Below, piece by piece: positions 1-8,385 of a DNA stretch of 64,000 bases. The number at the start of each line of letters is the position of its first letter. Position 1 is the stretch's first letter. Position numbers and translations under genes: made by a program. Under the pieces are notes generated by a model. That model did no database searches and was not told the DNA's origin. It saw nothing but the letters and a program-made list of their open reading frames with translations. The stretch comes from Candidatus Omnitrophota bacterium (GTDB lineage: Bacteria > Omnitrophota > Gorgyraeia > Zapsychrales > Zapsychraceae), in contig JADFYJ010000006.1 of the NCBI GenBank assembly GCA_015233115.1, forward strand, positions 595 to 64,594. Reading direction: 5' to 3'.

Positions 1-1
1 C

Positions 2-202
2 CGTAAGAATAATGTGAGTGTTCGCATTGAACAATGCGGGTGCGCGGGCATGTGTTTTGCTGAGCCGCTGGTTGAGGTTTTCGTCGAAGGCGTGCCGCAA
101 GTCACGTACGGCGCGGTTAAAGAAGATACCGCCAGGGCCATCATTCAAAAGCATGTGATGGGCAAAGAAATTTTAAATGATTATATTTATAAAATGCAAT
201 GA
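2..202 (+). CDS. NuoE/HndA-like [2Fe-2S] thioredoxin-like ferredoxin subunit, C-terminal fragment (5' end lies outside window)
   Basis: The frame is open from the window edge. The C-terminal cysteine motif QCGCAGMCFAEPLV matches NuoE/HoxE/HndA. It sits immediately upstream of the NuoF-like and [FeFe]-hydrogenase genes. Confidence 0.6.
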   Translation, partial: RKNNVSVRIEQCGCAGMCFAEPLVEVFVEGVPQVTYGAVKEDTARAIIQKHVMGKEILNDYIYKMQ

Positions 203-213
203 TATAAATTTTA

Positions 214-259
214 TTGGTTTTTGGTTAATGGTTTTTGGTTAATGGTTTTTGGGTGTTGG
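214..259. repeat. Family-C block (GGTTAATGGTTTTTG tandem)
   Basis: ttggtttttggttaatggtttttggttaatggtttttgggtgttgg. Confidence 0.75.
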
Positions 260-335
260 AAATAGAAACCAAGCTTTTTTTAAAAAACAAAAACTATCAA
301 CCATGAAATATAATTTTTTGAAACCAATTTTTTCT

Positions 336-370
336 AAAAACCATAAACCATCAACTAACAACCATAAAAT
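336..370. repeat. Family-C block (reverse: AACCATAAACCATCAACTAACAACCATAAA)
   Basis: Imperfect inverted partner of the block at 214..259. Confidence 0.7.
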
Positions 371-393
371 ATAATTTTTAAAGGGTAATTATC

Positions 394-2127
394 ATGGGCT
401 ACGAGAAAAGAATTTTTATTTGTGATACGGACGGCGGAAATATTAAACCTTTTGAAGACGCGTTAAACGCCAATCTCCGGGCAGAAGGCTTGGTGGAAAA
501 GGTGCAGATCGTGCGGCTGGCAGATGCGGGCATATACCGCAAAGGCGTTATGGTTAAAGTCACCCCGGAAAATATCGTTTATATCGATGTCAAGATGGAC
601 GACATTAAAAAGATCGTGGATTCAACTGTCAAAATGGGACAGGCCGCGCCCGATATCGCGCAAAAGCCGCCGGAAAAACAGCTTAAAATTGTTTTACGCA
701 ATTGTGGAAATGTTGATCCTGAACGCATTGAAGATTATGTGGCGTTAGACGGGTATAAAGCTCTGAGTAAAGTCTTAGAATCAATGAATCCGGACCAGGT
801 CATTGATGAAATGAAAAAGAGCGGATTACGCGGACGCGGCGGCGGAGGATATCCGACCGGATTAAAATGGAGTTTTGCCCGCAAAGTCCAGGATGACCAG
901 AAATTTATTATTTGTAACGGGGATGAAGGCGATCCCGGTGCTTACATGGACCGCAGTGTTTTGGAAGGTGACCCGCATTCCGTGTTGGAAGGGATGACAA
1001 TCGGTGGTTATGCCATTGGCGCGTCTAAAGGATTTTTGTATATCCGCGCGGAATATCCGCTGGCTGTGGCACGCGTTGAAAAAGCGATTGAGCAGGCGAG
1101 AGCGTCCGGATTTTTAGGGAAAAATATTTTCGGGTCAGGTTTTGACTTTGACTTGGAAGTGCGTTTAGGCGCAGGGGCGTTTGTGTGCGGGGAAGAAACC
1201 GCATTGATCGCGTCTGTCGAAGGAAAACGCGGCTGTCCCCGTCCCCGTCCACCGTTTCCGGCTGTCAAAGGCTTGTGGAATAAGCCGACGATCATCAACA
1301 ATGTGGAAACATTAGCGAATATTCCTTATATCTTTTTAAATGGAGCGGAAAATTTCGCGAAAATCGGTACGGAATCCTCACGCGGGACCAAAGTTTTTGC
1401 CGTGACCGGTAAAGTCAAACATTCGGGCTTAGTCGAAGTTCCTATGGGGACGACGCTGCGTGAAATCGTGTTTGATATCGGCGGTGGAATTTTGGATGAC
1501 AAAAAAATTAAGGCTGTACAGACCGGCGGTCCGTCGGGCGGGGTTATCCCGGAGAATTTTCTGGATACGCCTGTTGATTATGATAATTTAGGCAAGCTCG
1601 GCTCCATCATGGGATCAGGCGGTATGATCGTCATGGATGAAGGCGATTGTGTGGTGGATATTTCCAAGTTTTATCTGGGCTTTTGCGTGGATGAATCATG
1701 CGGAAAATGTGCGCCTTGCCGTATCGGCGGGAAGCAGATGCTGACGATATTGGAGAAAATATCTCAGGGTAAAGGAGAATTATCAGACCTGGATAATTTA
1801 CGCAAAATATCTTTTGCCATGAAAAAAGCCTCTTTGTGCGGATTGGGCCAAACCGCTTCGAATCCGGTGCTGTCAACGCTGCGTTATTTCGAATTGGATT
1901 ATAAACAGCATGTGGTGGATAAACGCTGTTTTCAAGGTAAATGCAAAGACTTGTTCGTATTTACGATCATTCAGGATAAATGTAAAAAATGCAGTTTGTG
2001 TCAGCGGAATTGTCCGGTCGACGCGATCAGCGGCAGCCGTGAAGAAGGATTTTTAATCGACCAGAAAAAATGCACGCGTTGTGGCCGGTGTTTTGAAGCG
2101 TGTAAGTTTGATGCAATTTCGAGATAA
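394..2127 (+). CDS. NuoF-like NADH-binding/FMN subunit of [FeFe] hydrogenase (HydB/HndC-type) with C-terminal 2x[4Fe-4S] ferredoxin domain
   Basis: The NuoF signature GLRGRGGGGYPTGLKW is present. Two CxxCxxCxxxCP motifs occur at the C-terminus (CKKCSLCQRNCP, CTRCGRCFEACK). The gene lies between the NuoE-like and HydA genes. Confidence 0.85.
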   Translation: MGYEKRIFICDTDGGNIKPFEDALNANLRAEGLVEKVQIVRLADAGIYRKGVMVKVTPENIVYIDVKMDDIKKIVDSTVKMGQAAPDIAQKPPEKQLKIVLRNCGNVDPERIEDYVALDGYKALSKVLESMNPDQVIDEMKKSGLRGRGGGGYPTGLKWSFARKVQDDQKFIICNGDEGDPGAYMDRSVLEGDPHSVLEGMTIGGYAIGASKGFLYIRAEYPLAVARVEKAIEQARASGFLGKNIFGSGFDFDLEVRLGAGAFVCGEETALIASVEGKRGCPRPRPPFPAVKGLWNKPTIINNVETLANIPYIFLNGAENFAKIGTESSRGTKVFAVTGKVKHSGLVEVPMGTTLREIVFDIGGGILDDKKIKAVQTGGPSGGVIPENFLDTPVDYDNLGKLGSIMGSGGMIVMDEGDCVVDISKFYLGFCVDESCGKCAPCRIGGKQMLTILEKISQGKGELSDLDNLRKISFAMKKASLCGLGQTASNPVLSTLRYFELDYKQHVVDKRCFQGKCKDLFVFTIIQDKCKKCSLCQRNCPVDAISGSREEGFLIDQKKCTRCGRCFEACKFDAISR

Positions 2128-2128
2128 T

Positions 2129-2157
2129 GGGTATAGAATGTCGTATGTAGTATATAG
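2129..2157. repeat. Family-B GTATGT-type block (forward)
   Basis: gggtatagaatgtcgtatgtagtatatag, located after the hydB stop. Confidence 0.7.
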
Positions 2158-2287
2158 AAAAAGTGAATGATGGTAAAGTGTTCATTGAAAGTTAGGTTAG
2201 GAAGAGAGCAAAGAGCTGATGAGCAAATAAAAATCATTCGTTTTTTCCAATTTTTTATTATCTATCTTTTATTTTTTGAATTTTTTA

Positions 2288-2317
2288 CTACATACCACCT
2301 ACCACATACTACATACG
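2288..2317. repeat. Family-B block (reverse, ACATAC-type)
   Basis: ctacataccacctaccacatactacatacg, located before hydA. Confidence 0.75.
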
Positions 2318-2350
2318 TTTAAATTAGACAAAACAAGGAGTACTTTTCAA

Positions 2351-4093
2351 ATGGGTAAAGCAAATATAAATGGGTTCGCGGTGGAATTTCAGGACGGGAT
2401 GACTATCCTGGACGCGGCGCGGAAAGTCCAAATTGATATTCCAACTCTATGTAAGCATCCGGATGTTTTAGCGTCCGGAGCTTGCGGGATTTGTATTGTG
2501 AAGATGAAGGGGAATAACCGCATGCTGCGCGCGTGTTGTACTCCAATTGAAGAAGGTATGGATATTATTACTCATGACCCGGAGATCGTAGAAACCCGCC
2601 GAACAGTTTTGGAATTGATTTTATCCAACCATCCTAACGATTGTTTGCAATGCGGCCGCAATAATAATTGCGAACTGCAGACTATGGCATCTAATTTTGG
2701 TATCCGCGAAATTCCTTTTCCTAAAGTTGTGCCGGATATCCCCAAAGATACGTCTACGGATGCTATTGTTTTAGACCCGTCAAAATGTATTAAATGTGGA
2801 CGCTGTGTTGAGATGTGCCAGCATGTGCAGGATGTGTGGGCTTTATCATTTTTGGATCGGGGGATTGATACACGTATTTCTCCAGCCGGAGATATTTTAT
2901 TGGGAGATTCTCCTTGCGTGCGTTGCGGCCAGTGTTCAGCGCATTGTCCGACCGGAGCCATATTTGAGCAGGATGATACGGCGAAAGTTTGGAAAGTTCT
3001 TCAGGATCCTGACAAATATTGTGTGGTGCAAATCGCGCCGGCAGTGCGGGTTGCGGTTGGCGAAGGTTTCGGTTTGCCTCCAGGCACAAATTTAACCGGA
3101 AAATTATATACGTTATTACGCCGCTTAGGTTTTAAAGCGGTATTTGACACGAATTTTTCCGCGGATGTGACGATCATGGAAGAAGGATCAGAATTTGTGC
3201 AGAGATTTGTCCATAAAAAAGGCCCGCTGCCTTTGATCACGACTTGCTGTCCGTCGTGGGTGGATTATATGGAGAAATTTGACCCGGATATGATCGAGCA
3301 TTTCTCGTCGGCAAAGTCCCCGCAGGAGATGTTAGGTGCTTTATCCAAAACATATTATGCTCAGAAAAATGACCTGGATCCGGCTAAGATCGTAAATATT
3401 TCGGTCATGCCGTGTACAGCCAAGAAGTATGAGCTTAAACGCAGTAAATCTATGTATTCTTCAGGATACCAGGATACGGATATTGTCATCACGACTCGGG
3501 AACTGATCCGCATGATCAAACAGGCAGGAATTGAATTTACGAATTTACCGGAAGAACAACCGGATCATATCATGGGCGATTATACTGGTGCAGGGACGAT
3601 ATTCGGCGCAACCGGAGGGGTTATGGAAGCGGCTTTGCGTACTGCTTATCATTTGGTCACCCAAAAAGAGCTCGGCCGGGTAGAATTTGAAAATGTCCGC
3701 GGGTTAAAAGGCGTGAAAGAAACATCGGTATTTATAGAAGGGACGGAAATTAAGATTGCTGTAGCCCATGGTTTGGGTAATGTGGAATACGTCATTAATA
3801 AAATTCGTCAAGGCAAAAAAGAAGGAAAAATGCCTTACCATTTCGTCGAAGTTATGGCTTGCCCGGGTGGATGCATCGGCGGAGGCGGTCAGCCTTACGG
3901 TATTACGGACGCGGTCCGCACCCAACGCACTCAAGGGCTATATTCCGACGATGAAAAATCCACATTAAGATGCAGTCATCATAACCCTTATGTGAAAAAA
4001 TTATATGACGAATTTCTGGGCCATCCTTTGAGCCATAAAGCTCATGAGTTGTTGCATACGCGCTATGTTCCAAGGCCGGAGTATAAGAAGTAG
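2351..4093 (+). CDS. hydA: [FeFe] hydrogenase catalytic subunit (HydA) with N-terminal 2Fe-2S and 4Fe-4S domains
   Basis: All three H-cluster motifs are present: TTCCPSW (L1), MPCTAKKYE (L2) and EVMACPGGCIGGGGQP (L3). An AGGAG-like RBS (caaggag) lies 10 nt before the ATG at 2351. The ORF-track start at 2276 would run into intergenic repeat sequence. Confidence 0.9.
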   Translation: MGKANINGFAVEFQDGMTILDAARKVQIDIPTLCKHPDVLASGACGICIVKMKGNNRMLRACCTPIEEGMDIITHDPEIVETRRTVLELILSNHPNDCLQCGRNNNCELQTMASNFGIREIPFPKVVPDIPKDTSTDAIVLDPSKCIKCGRCVEMCQHVQDVWALSFLDRGIDTRISPAGDILLGDSPCVRCGQCSAHCPTGAIFEQDDTAKVWKVLQDPDKYCVVQIAPAVRVAVGEGFGLPPGTNLTGKLYTLLRRLGFKAVFDTNFSADVTIMEEGSEFVQRFVHKKGPLPLITTCCPSWVDYMEKFDPDMIEHFSSAKSPQEMLGALSKTYYAQKNDLDPAKIVNISVMPCTAKKYELKRSKSMYSSGYQDTDIVITTRELIRMIKQAGIEFTNLPEEQPDHIMGDYTGAGTIFGATGGVMEAALRTAYHLVTQKELGRVEFENVRGLKGVKETSVFIEGTEIKIAVAHGLGNVEYVINKIRQGKKEGKMPYHFVEVMACPGGCIGGGGQPYGITDAVRTQRTQGLYSDDEKSTLRCSHHNPYVKKLYDEFLGHPLSHKAHELLHTRYVPRPEYKK

Positions 4094-4233
4094 TTTGGCA
4101 ATTCACCAAGAAGGATGATATACTTTAGCTAAGAGATGTGAAAGGTAAACCACCCGTAAGGATGGGACACAAAGCTATAGGGCCCTGTACCAGAGGTAGA
4201 GGGTAGCCAGTTGCCGCGAGAAAAAAATTTGTG

Positions 4234-4268
4234 AGCCTATTCCTAGTAAAAGGGGAATAGGCTTTTTT
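4234..4268 (+). terminator. Rho-independent terminator after hydA
   Basis: Stem agcctattcc/ggaataggct followed by tttttt. Confidence 0.7.
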
Positions 4269-4278
4269 GCTAATATTG

Positions 4279-4308
4279 TTTGACAGGGGAAGGAGGTGAG
4301 AGTAAAAT
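4279..4308 (+). promoter_or_regulatory. sigma70-like promoter for the pilin operon
   Basis: TTGACA (4279-4284), an 18-nt spacer, then TAAAAT (4303-4308). It lies about 145 nt upstream of the pilA start, leaving a long leader. Confidence 0.5.
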
Positions 4309-4453
4309 CAATGCAGTAAAAATTTTAAAGTGAAAGGGGCCATTTGGTTACGGTAATTCGGAGGATACGAAACGGTCTTATAAATCATTCTTTATACCGT
4401 CAGCGCATCCGAAAACTTTAGCCAGCGGCTCTAAACCAAACAAGGAGGATCAG

Positions 4454-4840
4454 ATGAGAAGAGGACAAAAAGGTTTTACGCTGGTGGAAATCATGATCGT
4501 TGTGGCGATTATCGCGTTATTAGCCGCGATCGCGATTCCTAACTTGCTAAGAGCCAAAGTTTCGGCTAACGAAGCTTTAGCGCAAAGCACATTAAAAACA
4601 CTATCAACGTCTATTGAAACTTATACAACAGCGAATAACGGTCTTTATCCGAACGCTGAGAACTTGTTAACGGGTGCTACACCGCCATATTTGAATACGG
4701 CTTATTGCGGTCTAAGTCTTAGCGGTTACACCTATGCTTGTACTTTGGCTACCGGGGGTTACACGATTGTGGCGACTAATAATTCAACCAGCACAGGTAC
4801 CAGAACATTCACAGTTACAACAGGAGGCATTTTACGCTAA
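4454..4840 (+). CDS. pilA: Type IV major pilin (PilA-like), class III signal peptide
   Basis: N-terminus MRRGQKGFTLVEIMIVVAIIALLAAIAIP has the prepilin G|FTLVE cleavage/methylation motif. A C-terminal Cys pair forms a D-region-like loop (CGLSLSGYTYAC). The caaggagg RBS precedes the start. Confidence 0.9.
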   Translation: MRRGQKGFTLVEIMIVVAIIALLAAIAIPNLLRAKVSANEALAQSTLKTLSTSIETYTTANNGLYPNAENLLTGATPPYLNTAYCGLSLSGYTYACTLATGGYTIVATNNSTSTGTRTFTVTTGGILR

Positions 4841-4865
4841 TTGTGGTGATATAAAGTGAATTGGC

Positions 4866-4893
4866 GGGGGCTTAGCAATAAGCCCCTTTTTTT
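4866..4893 (+). terminator. Rho-independent terminator/attenuator after the major pilin gene
   Basis: Stem gggggctta/taagccccc followed by ttttttt. Confidence 0.75.
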
Positions 4894-4997
4894 ATAAATG
4901 AGCTCATCACTTAGAGAGCGAAGCGAACTAAGTGATTTGAGCGAATTTAGTTCCGTGCGAAGCTAGGAACTTCAACGCGGTCAAAATTGGAGGGGGG

Positions 4998-5465
4998 ATG
5001 GGGAAGAAGATAAATAATTCAGGCATGAGTTTAGTTGAGCTCATGGTGGCGTGCGGCATATTGGCTGTCTTCTTTTTGGGAGTAATAATTGTTTTTATTA
5101 AATGTATCCAGATGACTGAATTAGCCCGCAATTCTTCTCTCGCGATGTCGCTCGCGAAAACCCGCATGGAACAAATCCGCTTGCACAATAATATTCCTTT
5201 TAATCAAGTTCTCCTGACATATGATGGAATTATTTTTCCTACACCAGGCCTTAACGGTAAAGGAGTCAGCTATGTTGACGCGGATATCACGAATCCTAAA
5301 TTATTGACTGTAACGGTTGAGGTGTCCTGGAGAGAAAAAAGCGGACTTATTGTGGGAGAAGACAAAAATTTAGACGGTCAATTTGAAGTGGGGGAAGATA
5401 CTCTGGTGGTTAATACCCGCTTAGATTCCCCGGCTGAAATTACAGGGATAATTTATGATTACTAA
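4998..5465 (+). CDS. Minor pilin / pseudopilin with prepilin-type N-terminal motif
   Basis: MGKKINNSG|MSLVELMVACGILAVFF has a Gly-1/Glu+5 prepilin signature followed by a hydrophobic helix. Confidence 0.75.
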   Translation: MGKKINNSGMSLVELMVACGILAVFFLGVIIVFIKCIQMTELARNSSLAMSLAKTRMEQIRLHNNIPFNQVLLTYDGIIFPTPGLNGKGVSYVDADITNPKLLTVTVEVSWREKSGLIVGEDKNLDGQFEVGEDTLVVNTRLDSPAEITGIIYDY

Positions 5466-6171
5466 TGAACGAAAAAATAATAACCGCGCGGGATATAGCC
5501 TTCTTGAGCTGATGGTTGTCATCGCGATTTTAATGATGTTAATGAGCGCGTTATTTCGTCTGTTAGGCCGGGGGAGTGAAGTGTGGACTTTGTCGGATAC
5601 GAAAATTGATTTACAAAGTAATTTGCGATCATTAAGGGACCGGATCGCGGGTGAATTAGAGCAAAGCGGATCAGATGGAACGAACATGAAAGTATTTATT
5701 TCGCAGGGCACGGGAGTCAATAGTTCTGATGTCCTCAAGTTTTCTATTCCTGTTGTGTGTCAGAGCGGGGGAAGTATTATGAATTCTACGGCGGATGTAG
5801 CGTATTGGGGCGCGCCTTTAACGTATGGATGTACAGATTATACTTGCATGGATCATGATAACAATTGCGCGACTATTGATTACACTTGGCTGGTATACCA
5901 GTTAAAGTTAAATACAGATTTAACCCAATTGAATAAAAATAATCCGGTCCAGCAGTATCAACTTGTCCGTCAAGTTTTGGGCGCGGACGGAACAACTGTG
6001 GTGCGCGAAGACGTTATGGGCGCGAATGTGCCTGGTTTTAAAGCGTCCTTTGATACGGCCTCAAACGCGTTGATCACGCTGACTTTGACGGCTTCGGGTA
6101 TTTCGAATTTCCGTCGGACGGTATTGCCAATGACCACGACCTTTGAAGTGAACCTGCGGAATAAGAGGTGA
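5455..6171 (+). CDS. Minor pilin / pseudopilin (PilW/FimT-like) with prepilin N-terminal motif
   Basis: NNRAG|YSLLELMVVIAILMMLMSALF prepilin motif. The start overlaps the upstream gene by 11 nt. Confidence 0.75.
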   Translation: MITNERKNNNRAGYSLLELMVVIAILMMLMSALFRLLGRGSEVWTLSDTKIDLQSNLRSLRDRIAGELEQSGSDGTNMKVFISQGTGVNSSDVLKFSIPVVCQSGGSIMNSTADVAYWGAPLTYGCTDYTCMDHDNNCATIDYTWLVYQLKLNTDLTQLNKNNPVQQYQLVRQVLGADGTTVVREDVMGANVPGFKASFDTASNALITLTLTASGISNFRRTVLPMTTTFEVNLRNKR

Positions 6172-6174
6172 GAC

Positions 6175-7914
6175 ATGAACAATAGTGCCATGATGCGACG
6201 GATGTTGAAACCGCTCCAAAATAAAAAAGGAGTGGCCATGATCTTCACATTTTACCTGATTACCGTACTGATTGTGTTTGTGAGCATCGTCGCGGTGCGG
6301 ACGTTGAATGAAGGCCTGATGGCGAAAAAGGAACGCGAGTCGACAAAAGCTTTTTATTACGCCGAGGCAGGAGCAAACGCGGCTTTGCAGCAGATAGAAC
6401 ATTTTATCAATACCGACCTTTACGCGAACGTTAACAGCGCGTTCAATCCTCAAACTAAAGCTACAGAGATTCAGGGCTACGCGTGGGCCAATAAACCTTT
6501 AGACTTCCTTTTTAATTGTGCGCTTTCGGGAGGAGTAAATGATTTTACATATAACGTGGATAAGACGCAATTATCGAATACCTTGGGGACAACAGTATTG
6601 GGAGATGGCGCGTATACCTATACCGTGACGATCACTCCCAAAAGCACGCCGGTCTCTGTATCCTCTTCTTCCTGGAATTTTTTCTATAATTATAAAATTG
6701 TCGTGTGGGGTATTCGCGGGGCCGTAAATAAAATTATGTCCGCGACGGGTGATTTTCAAGTGACCGTACAAAAAGATAATATCGCGAAATTCGCGGTGAG
6801 CGTTCAGCAACAAAAACTCAAAGATAATACAACGCTAGTATGGTTCAATAATAACACTTATTTTAGAGGGCCGGTCCAATCCAATAATCAGCTCAATTTT
6901 TCCGGAACACCGGAATTTGACGGTGCGGTCACGCAGACTAATAATCTGGCCAATTTTTATAATGGCGGAAATATTAAACAATTGGCCAGCGACCACAATT
7001 CAACTTTGGATGTCCCGGTGTTTAATCAGTCGTTTTCCCGTAACTATCCCGCGGTGAGTCTGGATTCATCCACTGCGCAGACTGATCTTTCAAGTCAAGC
7101 TCAGGGGGCGGTTGCTCTTTCCGGGAACGGAGTTTTTATTCCGAATGATGGCACCAGAGTAACCGGAGGAATATTTACCCGGGGAGATACAACCATCCAG
7201 ATGTCCGTTGATTCGAATGGATATGCGAATTATACCGTAGGCGCTAATGGTACAACTAAAACGATTATTGTGGATCAAGACCATTTGACGACAACGGTCA
7301 AACAGGCAGGGTTAGCGGATGTGGTTTATGTCGGCTTACCTGATGGGGCGAGTAATCAAGGAACTATTATTTATACGGATGGAAAAATAACTAGTTTAAA
7401 GGGGACAGTACAACAAGATACGCAAGTGACTGTTTCCAGTGATGCGGATATTGTGATTACCGATAATATTGTGTATTCGGATTTCACCTCTCAAGTCGGA
7501 AACCCCGCTGATGACGATTATATTCCTCCGTCGGCGGAAGGCGCGAAGAATTTGTTAGGAATATTATCGTGGAACGGTGATGTGCGCGTCGCGGTTCCGT
7601 CAAGCGCGCATAGTGATTTGACCATTGATGGTGTAGTCGTGGCACAAAAAGGGGTATTCCAGGTTGACAGTTACAATTCTGGTTCTCCCCGCGGGACTGT
7701 GACGTTATTAGGAGGATCTATCACCCAAAACTATGGCGCGTTTGGGACGTTTGACGGGTCGACTCAAAGTATGCTGACTGGTTACGCGAGAAATTTTGTT
7801 TATGATTCGCGGACCGGAGCCGGACAATCTCCGCCATATTTTCCGCCTTTAAAAGCGTCAGTGGCTTTTTCCACGGATATAACAGATAAAGTGATTTGGA
7901 GGGAGGGCTTTTAG
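6175..7914 (+). CDS. PilX-N-domain pilus-associated protein (large minor pilin / tip-associated factor)
   Basis: N-terminus KGVAMIFTFYLITVLIVFVSIVAVRTLNEGLMAKKERESTKAFYYAEAGANAAL resembles the PilX N-terminal domain. The remainder is Thr/Asn/Gly-rich and likely beta-rich. Confidence 0.6.
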   Translation: MNNSAMMRRMLKPLQNKKGVAMIFTFYLITVLIVFVSIVAVRTLNEGLMAKKERESTKAFYYAEAGANAALQQIEHFINTDLYANVNSAFNPQTKATEIQGYAWANKPLDFLFNCALSGGVNDFTYNVDKTQLSNTLGTTVLGDGAYTYTVTITPKSTPVSVSSSSWNFFYNYKIVVWGIRGAVNKIMSATGDFQVTVQKDNIAKFAVSVQQQKLKDNTTLVWFNNNTYFRGPVQSNNQLNFSGTPEFDGAVTQTNNLANFYNGGNIKQLASDHNSTLDVPVFNQSFSRNYPAVSLDSSTAQTDLSSQAQGAVALSGNGVFIPNDGTRVTGGIFTRGDTTIQMSVDSNGYANYTVGANGTTKTIIVDQDHLTTTVKQAGLADVVYVGLPDGASNQGTIIYTDGKITSLKGTVQQDTQVTVSSDADIVITDNIVYSDFTSQVGNPADDDYIPPSAEGAKNLLGILSWNGDVRVAVPSSAHSDLTIDGVVVAQKGVFQVDSYNSGSPRGTVTLLGGSITQNYGAFGTFDGSTQSMLTGYARNFVYDSRTGAGQSPPYFPPLKASVAFSTDITDKVIWREGF

Positions 7915-7915
7915 A

Positions 7916-8221
7916 ATGAAATCGAATAAAGCGACAGTGATGATTGTAGCCGGAGCGATTATTTTCATGCTATTACTCGTCAATCATTGGGTATCCCGAC
8001 AAATGAAAGACGCGTTAAATGTGCCGAGAGTTGGCCATAGCATCCCTGTTCAAAAATCTTCAGAACCAAAGGCTGACCCAAAGTTTGATGATGCGGCGCC
8101 AGTATCTTCTGAAGCGCAACCAAAGGTTTTACCCAGAAAACATGGGCATATAAAACGGCCGTTTCCAGTGGTCAGTGAAGAAAAAAGTGATGCACCGCGG
8201 GGCCCGATTTTGGTGCAATGA
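7916..8221 (+). CDS. Hypothetical small membrane protein (one N-terminal TM segment, Pro-rich tail)
   Basis: ORF with a hydrophobic N-terminal segment (VMIVAGAIIFMLLLV). It is translationally coupled to the upstream gene, and no family was recognised. Confidence 0.4.
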   Translation: MKSNKATVMIVAGAIIFMLLLVNHWVSRQMKDALNVPRVGHSIPVQKSSEPKADPKFDDAAPVSSEAQPKVLPRKHGHIKRPFPVVSEEKSDAPRGPILVQ

Positions 8222-8318
8222 CAAAACGCGTGACAGTGTAACAATGTGACAATGAAAAAGCGGTTGGTTGGAAAGGCGCATTACTTTTTTAAATAATAAA
8301 TTAAATTTGAATTAAATA

Positions 8319-8345
8319 TTGCCTGCCTTGTTTTTTTGCTATAAT
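8319..8345 (+). promoter_or_regulatory. Candidate sigma70 promoter for pilMNOPQ
   Basis: TTGCCT (8319-8324), a 15-nt spacer, then TATAAT (8340-8345). The short spacer lowers confidence. Confidence 0.35.
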
Positions 8346-8385
8346 CCATTGTATAAATTCTAACTCATAATTTTACCCTAATAAA

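Noticed and set aside
1008-1876. Minus-strand ORFs (97, 75 and 81 aa) inside hydB
   Set aside because: They lie antisense within a well-supported, motif-rich CDS, and no family features were recognised. They are treated as spurious.
2276-2350. 5' extension of the hydA ORF (MNFLLHTTYHILHTFKL...)
   Set aside because: It reads through the family-B ACATAC repeat block, which explains the His/Thr/Tyr-rich peptide. A good RBS and ATG occur at 2351, so the extension is not coding.
4928-5188. Minus-strand 86-aa ORF overlapping the start of the minor pilin gene
   Set aside because: Antisense to a pilin gene with a clear prepilin motif. It also spans the intergenic hairpins and has no support.
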